Shown here: in pieces, positions 18,120 to 28,248 of the stretch
Layout of the letters: each line of letters opens with the position of its first letter
Position numbering within the stretch: position 1 is the stretch's first letter
Assembly: GCA_002346675.1 (NCBI GenBank)
Contig: DEAI01000006.1
Span: 9,565 to 73,564, forward strand
Reading direction: 5' to 3'
From: Fidelibacterota bacterium UBA2986
GTDB lineage: Bacteria > Fidelibacterota > Marinisomatia > Marinisomatales > AB-629-J13
Length of the DNA stretch: 64,000 nucleotides
Made by a program: the position numbers and the translations under genes
The notes under the pieces: model-generated
What the model was told of the DNA's origin: nothing
What the model saw: only the letters and a program-made list of their open reading frames with translations
Database searches by the model: none

Positions 18120-19076
18120 ATGATCTATAATACAGTTTTAGAAACAATTGGCAAAACTCCGATCATAAGACTGAATAAGGTCGGAAAAGGTCTGGATGCA
18201 GGTCTATTTGTGAAGTGTGAATTTTTTAATGCCGGTGGGTCACTAAAGGACCGCATCGGAGCTAGAATGATTGAGGAGGCAGAGAGATCAGGGCGGATCA
18301 AACCAGGTGACACCCTAATCGAGCCTACATCAGGGAACACTGGAATTGGCCTGGCCCTCGCTGCAGCGGTAAAAGGATACCATCTCATCATAACCATGCC
18401 CGAAAAAATGAGCATGGAAAAAGAGGTGGTTTTGAGGGCTCTAGGTGCGGAGATCATACGCACTCCTACCGAGGCTGCACACGATGCACCGGAGGGGCTT
18501 ATAGAGGTCGCCAAAAAATTACAGCGAGAGACCCCGAACTCTCATATTTTGGATCAATATAAAAACCCAGAGAACCCTGACGCACACTATAAGGGAACAG
18601 CTGAGGAAATTTTATCTGAATTTGGAACAAACCTCCACACAGTTGTCATGGGAGTCGGGACCGGCGGAACTATCAGCGGGGTCTCAAAAAGGTTGAAAGA
18701 GTGCATACCTAATATCAACATTGTGGGCGTTGACCCGTTTGGGTCTATTCTCGGGGGCGGAGACGAGGTGTTTCCCTACTTTGTAGAGGGAATTGGCTAT
18801 GATTTTTTTCCAGATGTTTTGGACAACGAGCTGGTAGACAGATATATCAAGGTGAACGATGAAAACTCATTTAAAACTGCGAGACAGCTGATCAGGGAGG
18901 AGGGTCTTTTGGTTGGGGGCTCCTCCGGCTCCTGTGTGTGGGCGGGGCTCCAGGTTGCAAAAGAGCTAAAGAAAAATGAGAACTGTCTTATTATATTAGC
19001 AGATGGTATTCGCAACTATCTGAGCAAGTTCATTTCTGACAATTGGATGAGAGAAAAGGGGTTTGAGGTAGACTGA
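18120..19076 (+). CDS. PLP-dependent cystathionine beta-synthase / cysteine synthase family enzyme (no CBS-pair domains)
   Basis: GKTPIIRLN..., SLKDRIG (PLP-Lys motif), EPTSGNTGIGLA, ILDQYKNPENPDAHYKGTAEEI and GVGTGGTISG are typical of the CysK/CBS fold-II PLP family. The middle region looks more CBS-like. Confidence 0.85.
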   Translation: MIYNTVLETIGKTPIIRLNKVGKGLDAGLFVKCEFFNAGGSLKDRIGARMIEEAERSGRIKPGDTLIEPTSGNTGIGLALAAAVKGYHLIITMPEKMSMEKEVVLRALGAEIIRTPTEAAHDAPEGLIEVAKKLQRETPNSHILDQYKNPENPDAHYKGTAEEILSEFGTNLHTVVMGVGTGGTISGVSKRLKECIPNINIVGVDPFGSILGGGDEVFPYFVEGIGYDFFPDVLDNELVDRYIKVNDENSFKTARQLIREEGLLVGGSSGSCVWAGLQVAKELKKNENCLIILADGIRNYLSKFISDNWMREKGFEVD

Positions 19077-19113
19077 TTTTCTGCTCTGCCTGAAAATTGT
19101 ATTTCTTATTAAA

Positions 19114-19830
19114 ATGAATTATAGAACGGCACATATAAGACACCATTTATTTGTCATTTTTATTGGCCTTAGCGTGTCCCAGGCTGAAAGTGAATTTACT
19201 CCTAACGGTGTAGATATGAGGGGATATATTGTAAACGTTGGCGAGCAGTCACCAGACTTCAAACTAGAGTTTCCAGATGGATCTTCCACCTCACTTGAAA
19301 AACTAATGGGCAACGTGGTCATGCTCCAGTTCACCGCATCGTGGTGCTCTGTCTGCAGAGATGAGATGCCGCACATCGAAAGTGATATCTGGAAGCCCTA
19401 TCAAAAATCCGGACTCAGACTCATTGGTATTGACCTGGATGAGCCCCCAGAGACTGTGGTGAAGTTCGCCCAAGAAATGAAAATCAGCTATCCGCTAGCG
19501 GTTGACTCAGCGGCCATAGTGTTTCATAAATTTGCTGAAAAAAACGCGGGAGTCACCAGAAATATCATTCTCGACCCAAACGGAAAAATCATATTTCTTA
19601 CTAGACTGTTTGACCCAGCAGAGTTCAGAGAAATGATATCTGTTATCCACAAAGAGCTCGAAAAGAAAAACTCTCAGGATATTTCGTCCTTAGAGGAGGA
19701 AATAAAATCTTTGAAGACAAAAGATCGTGCTGGTGTTAGATCAATGACCTCCAAACTCTATCGCTCTAAATTGAGTCTCAAGAAAAAGATTCAAACAAAG
19801 AACTATCTGGATCGGATAAACCGCTTTTAA
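19114..19830 (+). CDS. TlpA/AhpC-TSA-like thioredoxin-fold protein with signal peptide and a Lys-rich coiled-coil-like tail
   Basis: VVMLQFTASWCSVCRDEMPH (WCxxC) with a hydrophobic N-terminus. Its stop overlaps the uvrC stop tail-to-tail (19827-19830). Confidence 0.75.
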   Translation: MNYRTAHIRHHLFVIFIGLSVSQAESEFTPNGVDMRGYIVNVGEQSPDFKLEFPDGSSTSLEKLMGNVVMLQFTASWCSVCRDEMPHIESDIWKPYQKSGLRLIGIDLDEPPETVVKFAQEMKISYPLAVDSAAIVFHKFAEKNAGVTRNIILDPNGKIIFLTRLFDPAEFREMISVIHKELEKKNSQDISSLEEEIKSLKTKDRAGVRSMTSKLYRSKLSLKKKIQTKNYLDRINRF

Positions 19831-21659
19831 TTATTTTTGAGTTCTCTAAGCTCCCTCGCTGTTTCAATGCACTGAGCTGAGATATCCTCCGGAATAGAGC
19901 ACTTCTCAGATAGCTCTCTCTTAGTTTCGTTAGAGATCATTTTTAAGTTTTGATATGTGGTTAATATTTTTTTTACCCGCTTGGGACCCATACCCTTTAT
20001 CTTTAGAAATGGCGACTCAATGGAAGATTTTTCTCTTTTTTGCCTGTGAAAGCTAACCGCAAATCTGTGTGCCTCATCTCTGATCTTTCTTAAGAGCAAA
20101 AGCCCCGCAGAGGTTTTGGATATGGACTGTGGATCTGACTGCCCGGGCAAATATACCTGCTCCAGCTTTTTTGCCAAACCTATAATAGAGACATAGGCAA
20201 TTCCCAGCTCTCTAAGAGCTGATACAGCCATGGAGAGCTGGCCTTTTCCACCATCCACTAAGATCAAATCCGGTAGAGATTTTTTTTCTTTTAACAATCT
20301 AGAATATCGTCTCAATACAACCTCTCTCATTGAGGCAAAATCATCAACCCCAACAACGGTCTTTAGGTTAAACTTCCGATAGCTCTTCTTGGCAGGCTTC
20401 CCATCCTTAAATGTTACCAGAGAGGCGACAGTGTTCTCTCCCCCCAGGTGAGAGATATCAATTGCCTCAACTGACCTTGGTGGTGCTTTCAGCTGTAGAT
20501 CCTCCTGCAGCTGCCTCAGCGAATTTGGAATGTACTCTCTTCGTTTTTTCTTTTCAAGTATCCACTCTCCCAGCAATAATTTTGCATTTTGATAGGCAAC
20601 TCTCAGCTCCCTTGCCTTCTCACCTCTCTGGGGATAGAGAATTCGTACAGCACCAGCTCTCCTTTCCCTTAGCCAGGACTCCAGAGAATCTCCGCCAGCC
20701 AGTGGCTCGGACAGGGTCACCTGCTTAGGTATGTCGGAGGACTCCAGATAAAACTGCGCTATGACCGATTCCATCGCAGAGGTTGGCGAGCTGATCTGAC
20801 GGAGGTATATCTTTTCTCTGCTGTAAAACCTCCCTCCTCTCACTCGTATAATGACAACAACACCCATTTCATTTTCATGGACCAATGAGAAGATATCCCT
20901 GTCGCTAAAATCAGCTGAAACCTTTCTCTGCCTCTCTTTGAACCGCCGCACAGATTGAAGTTGGTCTCTAAATCTAGCGGCATCTTCAAACCTCTGCTCA
21001 ATTGAGGCCTGCCTCATTGCTTTTGATAAATAGTTTTCTGTGTCACCAGTTTTTCCATGTAAAAATGAGGTCACTGCCGCTATCATCTTTTGATATTCTT
21101 GTTCTGAGATCAGCGCTTCACAGGGCCCCCCGCACTTTTTGATGTGGTAGTCTAGACAGAGCGCTACCTTTTTTTGTTGAATGGTTTTTTCGTCAAGCTT
21201 AAATGAGCAGCTGCGGATCTGATACAACGTGTGGATCATTTTTAGTACCACCCTCAGATGATTTACGTCTGTATAGGGTCCAAAATAGCGGGATCCATCC
21301 CTAATAATAGTTCTAGTTAAAAATACCTGGGGAAAGGGCTCACATGTAACTCTGATAAATGGAAACGATTTACCATCTTTCAAATCTATATTATATTTTG
21401 GCTGGTGTTTTTTTATTAGATTTGCTTCTGTAAATATTGCTTCCACCTCGCTCGATGTAATAATCCATTCGATGTCCTCAATGCGCTTGACCAGAGACTG
21501 ATTTTTTGGAGTTTGGTATTTGTTTTTTAGAAAATATGATCGGACCCTGTTCTTGAGATTTTTGGCTTTTCCGATATATAGTATCTTGTTTTTTTGACCC
21601 TTGAAAAAATATACGCCCGGTTTTGCCGGTATTTTTTTTGTTTTTAGAGTATTTTTCAA
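19827..21659 (-). CDS. uvrC: Excinuclease ABC subunit C
   Basis: N-terminal GIY-YIG motif (PGVYFFKG..ILYIGKAKNLKNRVRSYF), a UvrBC-interaction region, an endonuclease V-like domain and a C-terminal HhH. 610 aa. Confidence 0.95.
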   Translation of the reverse strand: MKNTLKTKKIPAKPGVYFFKGQKNKILYIGKAKNLKNRVRSYFLKNKYQTPKNQSLVKRIEDIEWIITSSEVEAIFTEANLIKKHQPKYNIDLKDGKSFPFIRVTCEPFPQVFLTRTIIRDGSRYFGPYTDVNHLRVVLKMIHTLYQIRSCSFKLDEKTIQQKKVALCLDYHIKKCGGPCEALISEQEYQKMIAAVTSFLHGKTGDTENYLSKAMRQASIEQRFEDAARFRDQLQSVRRFKERQRKVSADFSDRDIFSLVHENEMGVVVIIRVRGGRFYSREKIYLRQISSPTSAMESVIAQFYLESSDIPKQVTLSEPLAGGDSLESWLRERRAGAVRILYPQRGEKARELRVAYQNAKLLLGEWILEKKKRREYIPNSLRQLQEDLQLKAPPRSVEAIDISHLGGENTVASLVTFKDGKPAKKSYRKFNLKTVVGVDDFASMREVVLRRYSRLLKEKKSLPDLILVDGGKGQLSMAVSALRELGIAYVSIIGLAKKLEQVYLPGQSDPQSISKTSAGLLLLRKIRDEAHRFAVSFHRQKREKSSIESPFLKIKGMGPKRVKKILTTYQNLKMISNETKRELSEKCSIPEDISAQCIETARELRELKNN

Positions 21660-21761
21660 TTTATGGTGATACTAGAGATTTAGATTTGATGTGTCCTTCT
21701 CCTACAAAGCAACGGCCTATCTATCAGCTGATAGTGTATAGCTAGGTTATAAAAGAGATAC

Positions 21762-22169
21762 TCACCTGGGTTCCTGAGCTAGCTCCACCAGTACCCCACC
21801 TGTATCCTTTGGGTGAATAAATGTAACCAAAAAACCTTCCGCGCCTACCTTTGGAACTGGGTAAATAACTGAGATACCCGCAATTTTAAGCTCACCTATT
21901 GCCGACTCAATGTCATCAACCTTTAGGCATATGTGGTGTATCCCCTCACCACTTTTATTTATGAATTTTTGAATTGCTGAGTCAGGGTTTTTTGATTCAA
22001 GCAGCTCTATCTTTCCGCTATCTGAATCAAATATTGCTGTTTCCACAGATTCAGATTCTACGTTCTCCTGTCCCGTTAGCTTAATGCCAAGCACCTTCTC
22101 CCAGAAATCTTTTCTCTCGTCAATTTGATTTACAGCGATTCCAATGTGTTCTATTCCTAATATTTTCAT
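21762..22169 (-). CDS. mce: Methylmalonyl-CoA epimerase (VOC/glyoxalase superfamily)
   Basis: IEHIGIAV....A..FW...LG, IELLE, GEGIHHICLKVDDI and FIHPKDTGGVLVEL match the epimerase pattern. 135 aa. Confidence 0.8.
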   Translation of the reverse strand: MKILGIEHIGIAVNQIDERKDFWEKVLGIKLTGQENVESESVETAIFDSDSGKIELLESKNPDSAIQKFINKSGEGIHHICLKVDDIESAIGELKIAGISVIYPVPKVGAEGFLVTFIHPKDTGGVLVELAQEPR

Positions 22170-23200
22170 TTTAAGCCTGCGCTCTCTCCTCTCATGTTTA
22201 GTGATAGACCAAGCCCGCTTCCAATTGGAAGAAGGGGGACCCCTCCATTAATCTGAATTCCAAGGTATGGGTCATTTTTAATTAGTAGATTTCCGTCCAA
22301 ATCGAGGTAATCTGCCTCTGAGGCAAACTGGCCCATTGCTGTGATCCCTACTGATGATTCTACCATACATCCCAGCATGACTTTTAGCTCAAACTTCTTT
22401 GCTAAACGAATCATCTTGGGGACCTCATCACACCATCCGCACTTCATTAACTTGATGTTGATACCGTGAAAGGAATCCACTAGCTTTGGGATATCACTTA
22501 GATCGATGCAATTTTCATCGGCAATAAGTGGTAGCGGAGATTCATTTTTTAATTCTTTCATTAGATGTAGCTGGTCTGCCTTTAGGGGCTGTTCAATTAG
22601 CTCTACATTTTTACTGGCGAGCCAACTACACATGTCCTTTGCCTGCTCCAATGTCCAGCCCTCGTTCGCATCAACCCGAATAGTCTTATCCGTTAATTTT
22701 CGTATCTCATTTATAATATCTCGGTCGCTATCGGAGCCCAATTTTATTTTTAAGATACTGTAGCTCTCTGCCTCATCAATTTTTTCCGAAATATTTTGAA
22801 GGTCACCTAGAGCAATTGTAAATGAGGTCGGACAAGTAACATTTCCCGAATATCCATATTTATCATATATCGATTTTTTATCTTGTTTTCCCTTTAAATC
22901 AAAAAACGCCATGCTGAGCGCTGCGTTAAGGGATTTTATCCCACTGGTGAGTGGCTCTACGTGGCTCTTAAAATCCTGAAAATGTTCAAAGTCAACCATA
23001 GATGAAGGGATGGTTTCCAAGACTCTTAAGCAGCTCTCAAATGATTCTCCATAGTGGTTGGAGGGCGCTGCCTCTCCCCTCCCAATATTTCCCTCGCGCT
23101 CCAGATAAATATAAATAATATCATAAAAATCATGCGTACTTCTGGAGAGCCCAAAGGGGTGAGAGCACTCGATACGGTATGGTTTAAATGTTAGCTCCAC
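22166..23200 (-). CDS. Enolase-superfamily dipeptide (L-Ala-D/L-Glu) epimerase-like enzyme
   Basis: IRVDANEGWTLEQA....L....VELIEQPL, IADENC and IKLMKCGW are typical of the muconate-lactonizing / dipeptide epimerase subgroup. GTG start at 23200. Confidence 0.75.
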   Translation of the reverse strand: MELTFKPYRIECSHPFGLSRSTHDFYDIIYIYLEREGNIGRGEAAPSNHYGESFESCLRVLETIPSSMVDFEHFQDFKSHVEPLTSGIKSLNAALSMAFFDLKGKQDKKSIYDKYGYSGNVTCPTSFTIALGDLQNISEKIDEAESYSILKIKLGSDSDRDIINEIRKLTDKTIRVDANEGWTLEQAKDMCSWLASKNVELIEQPLKADQLHLMKELKNESPLPLIADENCIDLSDIPKLVDSFHGINIKLMKCGWCDEVPKMIRLAKKFELKVMLGCMVESSVGITAMGQFASEADYLDLDGNLLIKNDPYLGIQINGGVPLLPIGSGLGLSLNMRGESAGLK

Positions 23201-23355
23201 TGGCCCCAGTTTGTTTAAAAAATATGAGCTTCTATAAAGAGTTTCATACTAAATCTTAAACCTCAATAATGTTTTTATCAGAATAAATATTTATCTCTAT
23301 GATATAATTAAAATTGTAGACTGTTAGCATTTAGAGCGAAACGATATATCTGGGT

Positions 23356-24138
23356 TCAATTGCGAAACTTCGGCTTCCGTTTTTCTACAAAAGCTTCAAG
23401 TCCCTCATTTGCCTCTTCATTGTCAAACAGACCGCTGAAAGATTCAACTTCATTTTGCAATCCTCTTTCAATGGTATTGCCATAGACACTGTTTATACAT
23501 CGGAGTGACTCTGCAACAGCGTTAGGACCATTTTTTAATATTTTATCTGCAAGCTCCTTAGTATACTCTATCAGCTGGCTGTGCGGGACAACCTTGTTAA
23601 CGAGCCCTACTCTAAATGCTTCCTCCGCACCGATAGTGTGTCCTCCAACTATAAGCTCGGTGGCGTTTCCCCTTCCAATGATACGTGGTAGCCTCTGTGT
23701 ACCGCCCCAACCGGGGATTAGACCGAGCTTGACCTCGGGCTGTCCAAAGACAGCATTTTCACTTGCAATTCTAATGTGACACGCAAGAGATATCTCACAT
23801 CCGCCCCCCAAGGCAAAGCCATTCACCGCAACCAAAACGGGTTTAGCAGAATTTTCTATTTTTAATGTTAGAGTTTGCCCCAGCTTACCAAAAGCTAGCG
23901 CACCTTCTCTGTCAAGACTTTGCATATATTTAATATCTGCACCCGCAATAAATGCCCTGTCACCTGCACCTGTGAGAATAATGACACCCGTATCAGAATC
24001 ACTTTCTAAGGCTGTAAATGCACTGTGGAGCTCTCTCAAGACATCTACACTCAGCGAATTTAAGGCATCAGGACGGTTGACAGTTACAAGGGCTATATAG
24101 CTCTCAACTTCAACTTTAATATATTGATAGTCATTCAT
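23356..24138 (-). CDS. Enoyl-CoA hydratase/isomerase (crotonase) family
   Basis: NRPDALNSL, ILTGAGDRAFIAGADIK, VNGFALGGGCE and FGQPEVKLGLIPGWGGTQRL are canonical crotonase motifs. Confidence 0.9.
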   Translation of the reverse strand: MNDYQYIKVEVESYIALVTVNRPDALNSLSVDVLRELHSAFTALESDSDTGVIILTGAGDRAFIAGADIKYMQSLDREGALAFGKLGQTLTLKIENSAKPVLVAVNGFALGGGCEISLACHIRIASENAVFGQPEVKLGLIPGWGGTQRLPRIIGRGNATELIVGGHTIGAEEAFRVGLVNKVVPHSQLIEYTKELADKILKNGPNAVAESLRCINSVYGNTIERGLQNEVESFSGLFDNEEANEGLEAFVEKRKPKFRN

Positions 24139-24153
24139 ACTTATTTCCCAGGT

Positions 24154-25620
24154 TTAATCTCTAAAGGTACGGCTGAACAATACCATTACAGTAAAAATCT
24201 CTAGACGACCCAACAACATACAAAAAGAGAGCAGCCACTTTCCGATATCAGGAAGCATGGCATAATTGTCCGTGGGACCAAACTCACCTAAAGCGGGACC
24301 AATATTACCAATTGCTGAAGCTGACGCACCAATCGCAGATTTTAGATCAATATTCATAGTTGTCAGGACCATCGTTGTAAAAGTAAAAATTGATATATAG
24401 AAAAGAAAAAATCCTAATGTATTTCGAATCACATCTTCTGAAATATAGCGACCTCCAATGCGAATAGGGATAATTGCTTTAGTATGGAGCATCCTACGTG
24501 TTTCCTTGGCAGCATATTTGAACAAGAGCATGATACGAACAATTTTCATCCCACCTGTAGTCGAACCACCCATACCACCCATAAACATCATAAATAAAAT
24601 CATAAATTGTGCAAAATATGCCCACAGCTCATAATCTGCCGTTGAATAGCCTGTAGAGGTTAATATGGCGACCGTCTGAAAGAGAGATTCACGAAAATGT
24701 TTTTCAGACCACTCATTCCCAGCGGCCGAAATACTTGAGAAGATCAGAAGACCAACAACAATAATAATTCCAAAGTATGTCAAAAACTCCTTATCTCTAA
24801 AATAGGTATTCACTTTCCCTGTTATCGCATGAAAATGTAGGGAAAAATTGATCCCAGCTAAAAACATGAATAAGATAATTATATATTGAATCGCAGCGCT
24901 ATCATAGTAACCTATGCTCGCATTTTTTGTAGAGAACCCTCCCGTTGGCATAGTAGCTAACGCATGACATATGGAATCAAACCATGGCATACCACTAATA
25001 AGTAATAACAGAAATTGAGCTGCCGTAAAACCTAAATAGACCATCCATAAAATTTTAGCTGTCTCACGAACACGTGGACGAATTTTATCTGCAACCGGGC
25101 CCGGAACTTCTGCTTTGAATAGCTGAACACCACCTACACCTAATAATGGCAAAATTGCGATATAAAAGACAATAATTCCCATACCGCCAATCCACTGAAG
25201 GAACGAACGCCAAAACAGGATTCCGTGTGGGAGGCTCTCAATTCCATAGGGAAGATTTGGTAGAGTTAGCGGGTTACCGATTATCGTTGCTCCGGTGGTC
25301 GTTACACCTGACATTGATTCAAAAAAAGCATCGGTGAAATTTGGAATGTGTCCACCAATATAAAAGGGGAGTGACCCAGCAATGGCGGTCAGCACCCAGG
25401 CTACAGTCACAATGGCAAACCCATCCTTGTTCGTAAGTTTATCAAATTTTTTGGTGAAAAACCAGCCTGTAAGGCCAATCGTGACGCAAATTGTAGAACA
25501 TATTAAAAACGTATAAACAATCTCCCCATAGAGATAAGCAATAGAGGCAGGAATTAGCATAGCCATACCTAAAATGGCAAGCAAAACTGCATTAATATTG
25601 ACAACTGTTCCTAAATTCAT
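24154..25620 (-). CDS. trkH: Trk-type K+ uptake membrane subunit
   Basis: Polytopic. Repeated pore-loop-like motifs (SGVTTTGAT, MPTGGFST, TSTGYST, GGSTTGGMK). 4-nt overlap with trkA. Confidence 0.9.
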   Translation of the reverse strand: MNLGTVVNINAVLLAILGMAMLIPASIAYLYGEIVYTFLICSTICVTIGLTGWFFTKKFDKLTNKDGFAIVTVAWVLTAIAGSLPFYIGGHIPNFTDAFFESMSGVTTTGATIIGNPLTLPNLPYGIESLPHGILFWRSFLQWIGGMGIIVFYIAILPLLGVGGVQLFKAEVPGPVADKIRPRVRETAKILWMVYLGFTAAQFLLLLISGMPWFDSICHALATMPTGGFSTKNASIGYYDSAAIQYIIILFMFLAGINFSLHFHAITGKVNTYFRDKEFLTYFGIIIVVGLLIFSSISAAGNEWSEKHFRESLFQTVAILTSTGYSTADYELWAYFAQFMILFMMFMGGMGGSTTGGMKIVRIMLLFKYAAKETRRMLHTKAIIPIRIGGRYISEDVIRNTLGFFLFYISIFTFTTMVLTTMNIDLKSAIGASASAIGNIGPALGEFGPTDNYAMLPDIGKWLLSFCMLLGRLEIFTVMVLFSRTFRD

Positions 25621-26966
25621 TTTATAGTAAACAGTTTCTGTATTTTTTTAATTAAATTATTTTTCCCAAATACAAGCACAACATCTTCGTGAGTGATCTG
25701 GGAGTCACCCCTAGCGATGCTTAAATGTCCGTGGTGATTTATGACAGCAATGATACTTTCTTTTGGAAAATCAATTTCTCTTAGCGGCATCTGGGTAACG
25801 ATACTGCCTGGCTCTGGACTTAATTCCCATACCTCCACATCAAGTTCATCAAATGTAGTCAGGGCGGTTTCAGCTTGGTCGCTACGAACCTCCTTTATGA
25901 TAGAATTTACGGTGGACATATTTTTACTTAGTACAGTTCCAACGCTTATTTCGTGAATTATAGGCATATATTCTGTCTGAATCATATGAATAATTGACTG
26001 TTTTGCACCCAGGTGATAGGCAAGCATTCCTGACAGTAAATTAGTTTTCTCACTCTCTGTTACAGCTATATAGTTATCTACATCCTGGATATTCTCCGAC
26101 TTGAGAAGATCAACGTCTGTTCCATCTGAATTAATAACCATGGTGTGTTCCAGCTCATTTGCGATCTTTTCCGCTTTTTCTCTGTTTATTTCAACTAATC
26201 TCACAGACATTTCTTCTTGAATAGTTTCAGCTAGTGAGCGCCCGATTTTACTGCCTCCCAAGATCATAACACGATTGGAACCTGTTTCTGGAATCTCTAA
26301 CAATTCTAAAAGAAGATGAAGAGAGTTAGACTCAAAAATAAAAAATATTGTATCTTTATCTTCAAAGATAAAATCGCTCCAGGGAATGGTAGTTTCTGTT
26401 TTTCTGGTAACCGCTACAATTCCAACCTTAAATCCATCACAGCTCTCACAAAATTCTTTCACTGATTTTCCTGCGAGCTTTGAGTTTCCATTAACCCTCA
26501 ATCCCATCATATGAAGTCTCCCCCCTTCAAATTCCATATAATAGGAAGCGTATGGATGTCGAACCAGCTGGGCAATCTCCTCACATACAACCTTTTCAGG
26601 ATGAATAACCAGATCTATGCCAAATTTTTCTGGACGGATGATAGAATTTCTATCACTGTATTGTTGGTTCCGTAGTCTCGCTATAATTTTTTTTGCACCT
26701 AAAATATGCGCCTGCTGAGAGGCAATAAGGTTCACCTCATCAATCCTGGTCAGCGCTAGGACATAGTCTGCACCCTCCACATTTGCCTTTATAAGGTTTT
26801 GAGGACTTGCTCCATTTCCCTCTACAACGATCACATCCAAGTTCTCCGACGCCCGACGACATTTTCGTGAATCAATATCCACGACAGTGATATCATAATT
26901 TTCCTGACTCAGGGCTTTAGCAACATGAAACCCAACCTCTCCTACACCAATAATTATAATTCTCAT
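25617..26966 (-). CDS. trkA: Trk system NAD-binding peripheral subunit
   Basis: Two Rossmann (MRIIIIGVGEVG; VMILGGSKIG) plus RCK_C repeats. 449 aa. Confidence 0.9.
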   Translation of the reverse strand: MRIIIIGVGEVGFHVAKALSQENYDITVVDIDSRKCRRASENLDVIVVEGNGASPQNLIKANVEGADYVLALTRIDEVNLIASQQAHILGAKKIIARLRNQQYSDRNSIIRPEKFGIDLVIHPEKVVCEEIAQLVRHPYASYYMEFEGGRLHMMGLRVNGNSKLAGKSVKEFCESCDGFKVGIVAVTRKTETTIPWSDFIFEDKDTIFFIFESNSLHLLLELLEIPETGSNRVMILGGSKIGRSLAETIQEEMSVRLVEINREKAEKIANELEHTMVINSDGTDVDLLKSENIQDVDNYIAVTESEKTNLLSGMLAYHLGAKQSIIHMIQTEYMPIIHEISVGTVLSKNMSTVNSIIKEVRSDQAETALTTFDELDVEVWELSPEPGSIVTQMPLREIDFPKESIIAVINHHGHLSIARGDSQITHEDVVLVFGKNNLIKKIQKLFTIK

Positions 26967-26997
26967 AGTCTCTCCTCTCTATACATGAAAACTAAGT

Positions 26998-28248
26998 TCA
27001 TGATTTGATCCTCTTTATTTCTGCACCTAAGGATTGGAACTTCCCAACGATATTTTCATAGCCCCTGTCTATGTGGTAAATCCTGCTTACAAGAGTTTCA
27101 CCTTCTGCAGCTAGCCCCGCGATGATCAGGGACGCGCTGGCACGAATATCTGTGGACATGACCTCTGCTCCCTTCAGTTTTTTTACTCCCCTAACAAACG
27201 CAGTATTATGCTCAGTTTTTATATCTGCCCCCAACCGGTTCAGCTCAGGGACATGAGAGAACCTATCATGATAAACCGAGTCGGTCAACATCGAAGACCC
27301 ATCGGCTAGACACATGAACGCGATCCACTGGGCCTGGAGGTCAGTAGGAAATCCGGGATAGACAGCTGTGGTCAGGTCAACAGGGTTAACTCTGCCGGTG
27401 AAAGATGCAGTAATTGACTCTCTATCAATATCCACCTGCGTTCCCGCGGAGTGGAGTTTCTCCAACAGTGATGTCAGCTGAGAGGGAACTGAATTTTTAA
27501 CAGTAACCTTTCCCATTAGAGCTCCGGCTATCAGAAAGGTTCCAATTTCAATACGATCAGGAATCACACTTATGGTTATGGGTTTGAGATGTTCTACACC
27601 GTGAACTGTGAGATATGAGGTTCCTATACCCTCTATCTGTGCTCCCATCAGTTTCAGCATTTCAGCTAACTGTTCAATCTCCGGCTCCATCGCTGCGTTC
27701 TCGATGGTTGTAGTTCCCCTGGCCCTTGTAGCTGCCATCAGAATATTACCTGTAGCACCTACAGATGGAAAATCAAATCTAACTGAGCAGCCTTTTAGGT
27801 ACGGTGCTTTTGCCAATACATAGCCCTCTTTCAGCTTGATTGAAGCACCCATTTTTTTCAGTGCTCTGAGATGAAAGTCTACTGGTCTCGGTCCCCAAGC
27901 ACATCCGCCCGGCAGAGAAACCTTAGCCTCACCAAATCGAGATAATAGAGGACCCAAAACATAAAAAGATGCCCGCATTGTTTTCACCAGCTCGTATGGT
28001 GCTTTGGGAGTATCCATAGTTGAAGTATTAACAGATAAACTGGGAAAATCTAAGTTAACCTCAGCTCCAGTCACTTCTAAAAGAGAGGCCATAGTTATAG
28101 TATCTCTCAAATTTGGAACATTTTCAATTGTAGTTGTTCCATCGGCCAAGAGGGATGCTGCCATCATTGGTAGAACTGCATTTTTTGCTCCACTAATGAG
28201 GACACTCCCCTTTAACTCCCGCCCCCCACCAATATAGATACTATCCAT
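26998..28248 (-). CDS. murA: UDP-N-acetylglucosamine 1-carboxyvinyltransferase
   Basis: ISGAKNA.LP, PGGCAWGPRPVD (active-site Cys loop), FPTDLQAQ and IYHIDRGYE. The track ORF starts at TTG 28263. ATG 28248 (MDSIYIGGG...) aligns better with the MurA N-terminus and gives an 8-nt overlap with the recN stop. Confidence 0.92.
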   Translation of the reverse strand: MDSIYIGGGRELKGSVLISGAKNAVLPMMAASLLADGTTTIENVPNLRDTITMASLLEVTGAEVNLDFPSLSVNTSTMDTPKAPYELVKTMRASFYVLGPLLSRFGEAKVSLPGGCAWGPRPVDFHLRALKKMGASIKLKEGYVLAKAPYLKGCSVRFDFPSVGATGNILMAATRARGTTTIENAAMEPEIEQLAEMLKLMGAQIEGIGTSYLTVHGVEHLKPITISVIPDRIEIGTFLIAGALMGKVTVKNSVPSQLTSLLEKLHSAGTQVDIDRESITASFTGRVNPVDLTTAVYPGFPTDLQAQWIAFMCLADGSSMLTDSVYHDRFSHVPELNRLGADIKTEHNTAFVRGVKKLKGAEVMSTDIRASASLIIAGLAAEGETLVSRIYHIDRGYENIVGKFQSLGAEIKRIKS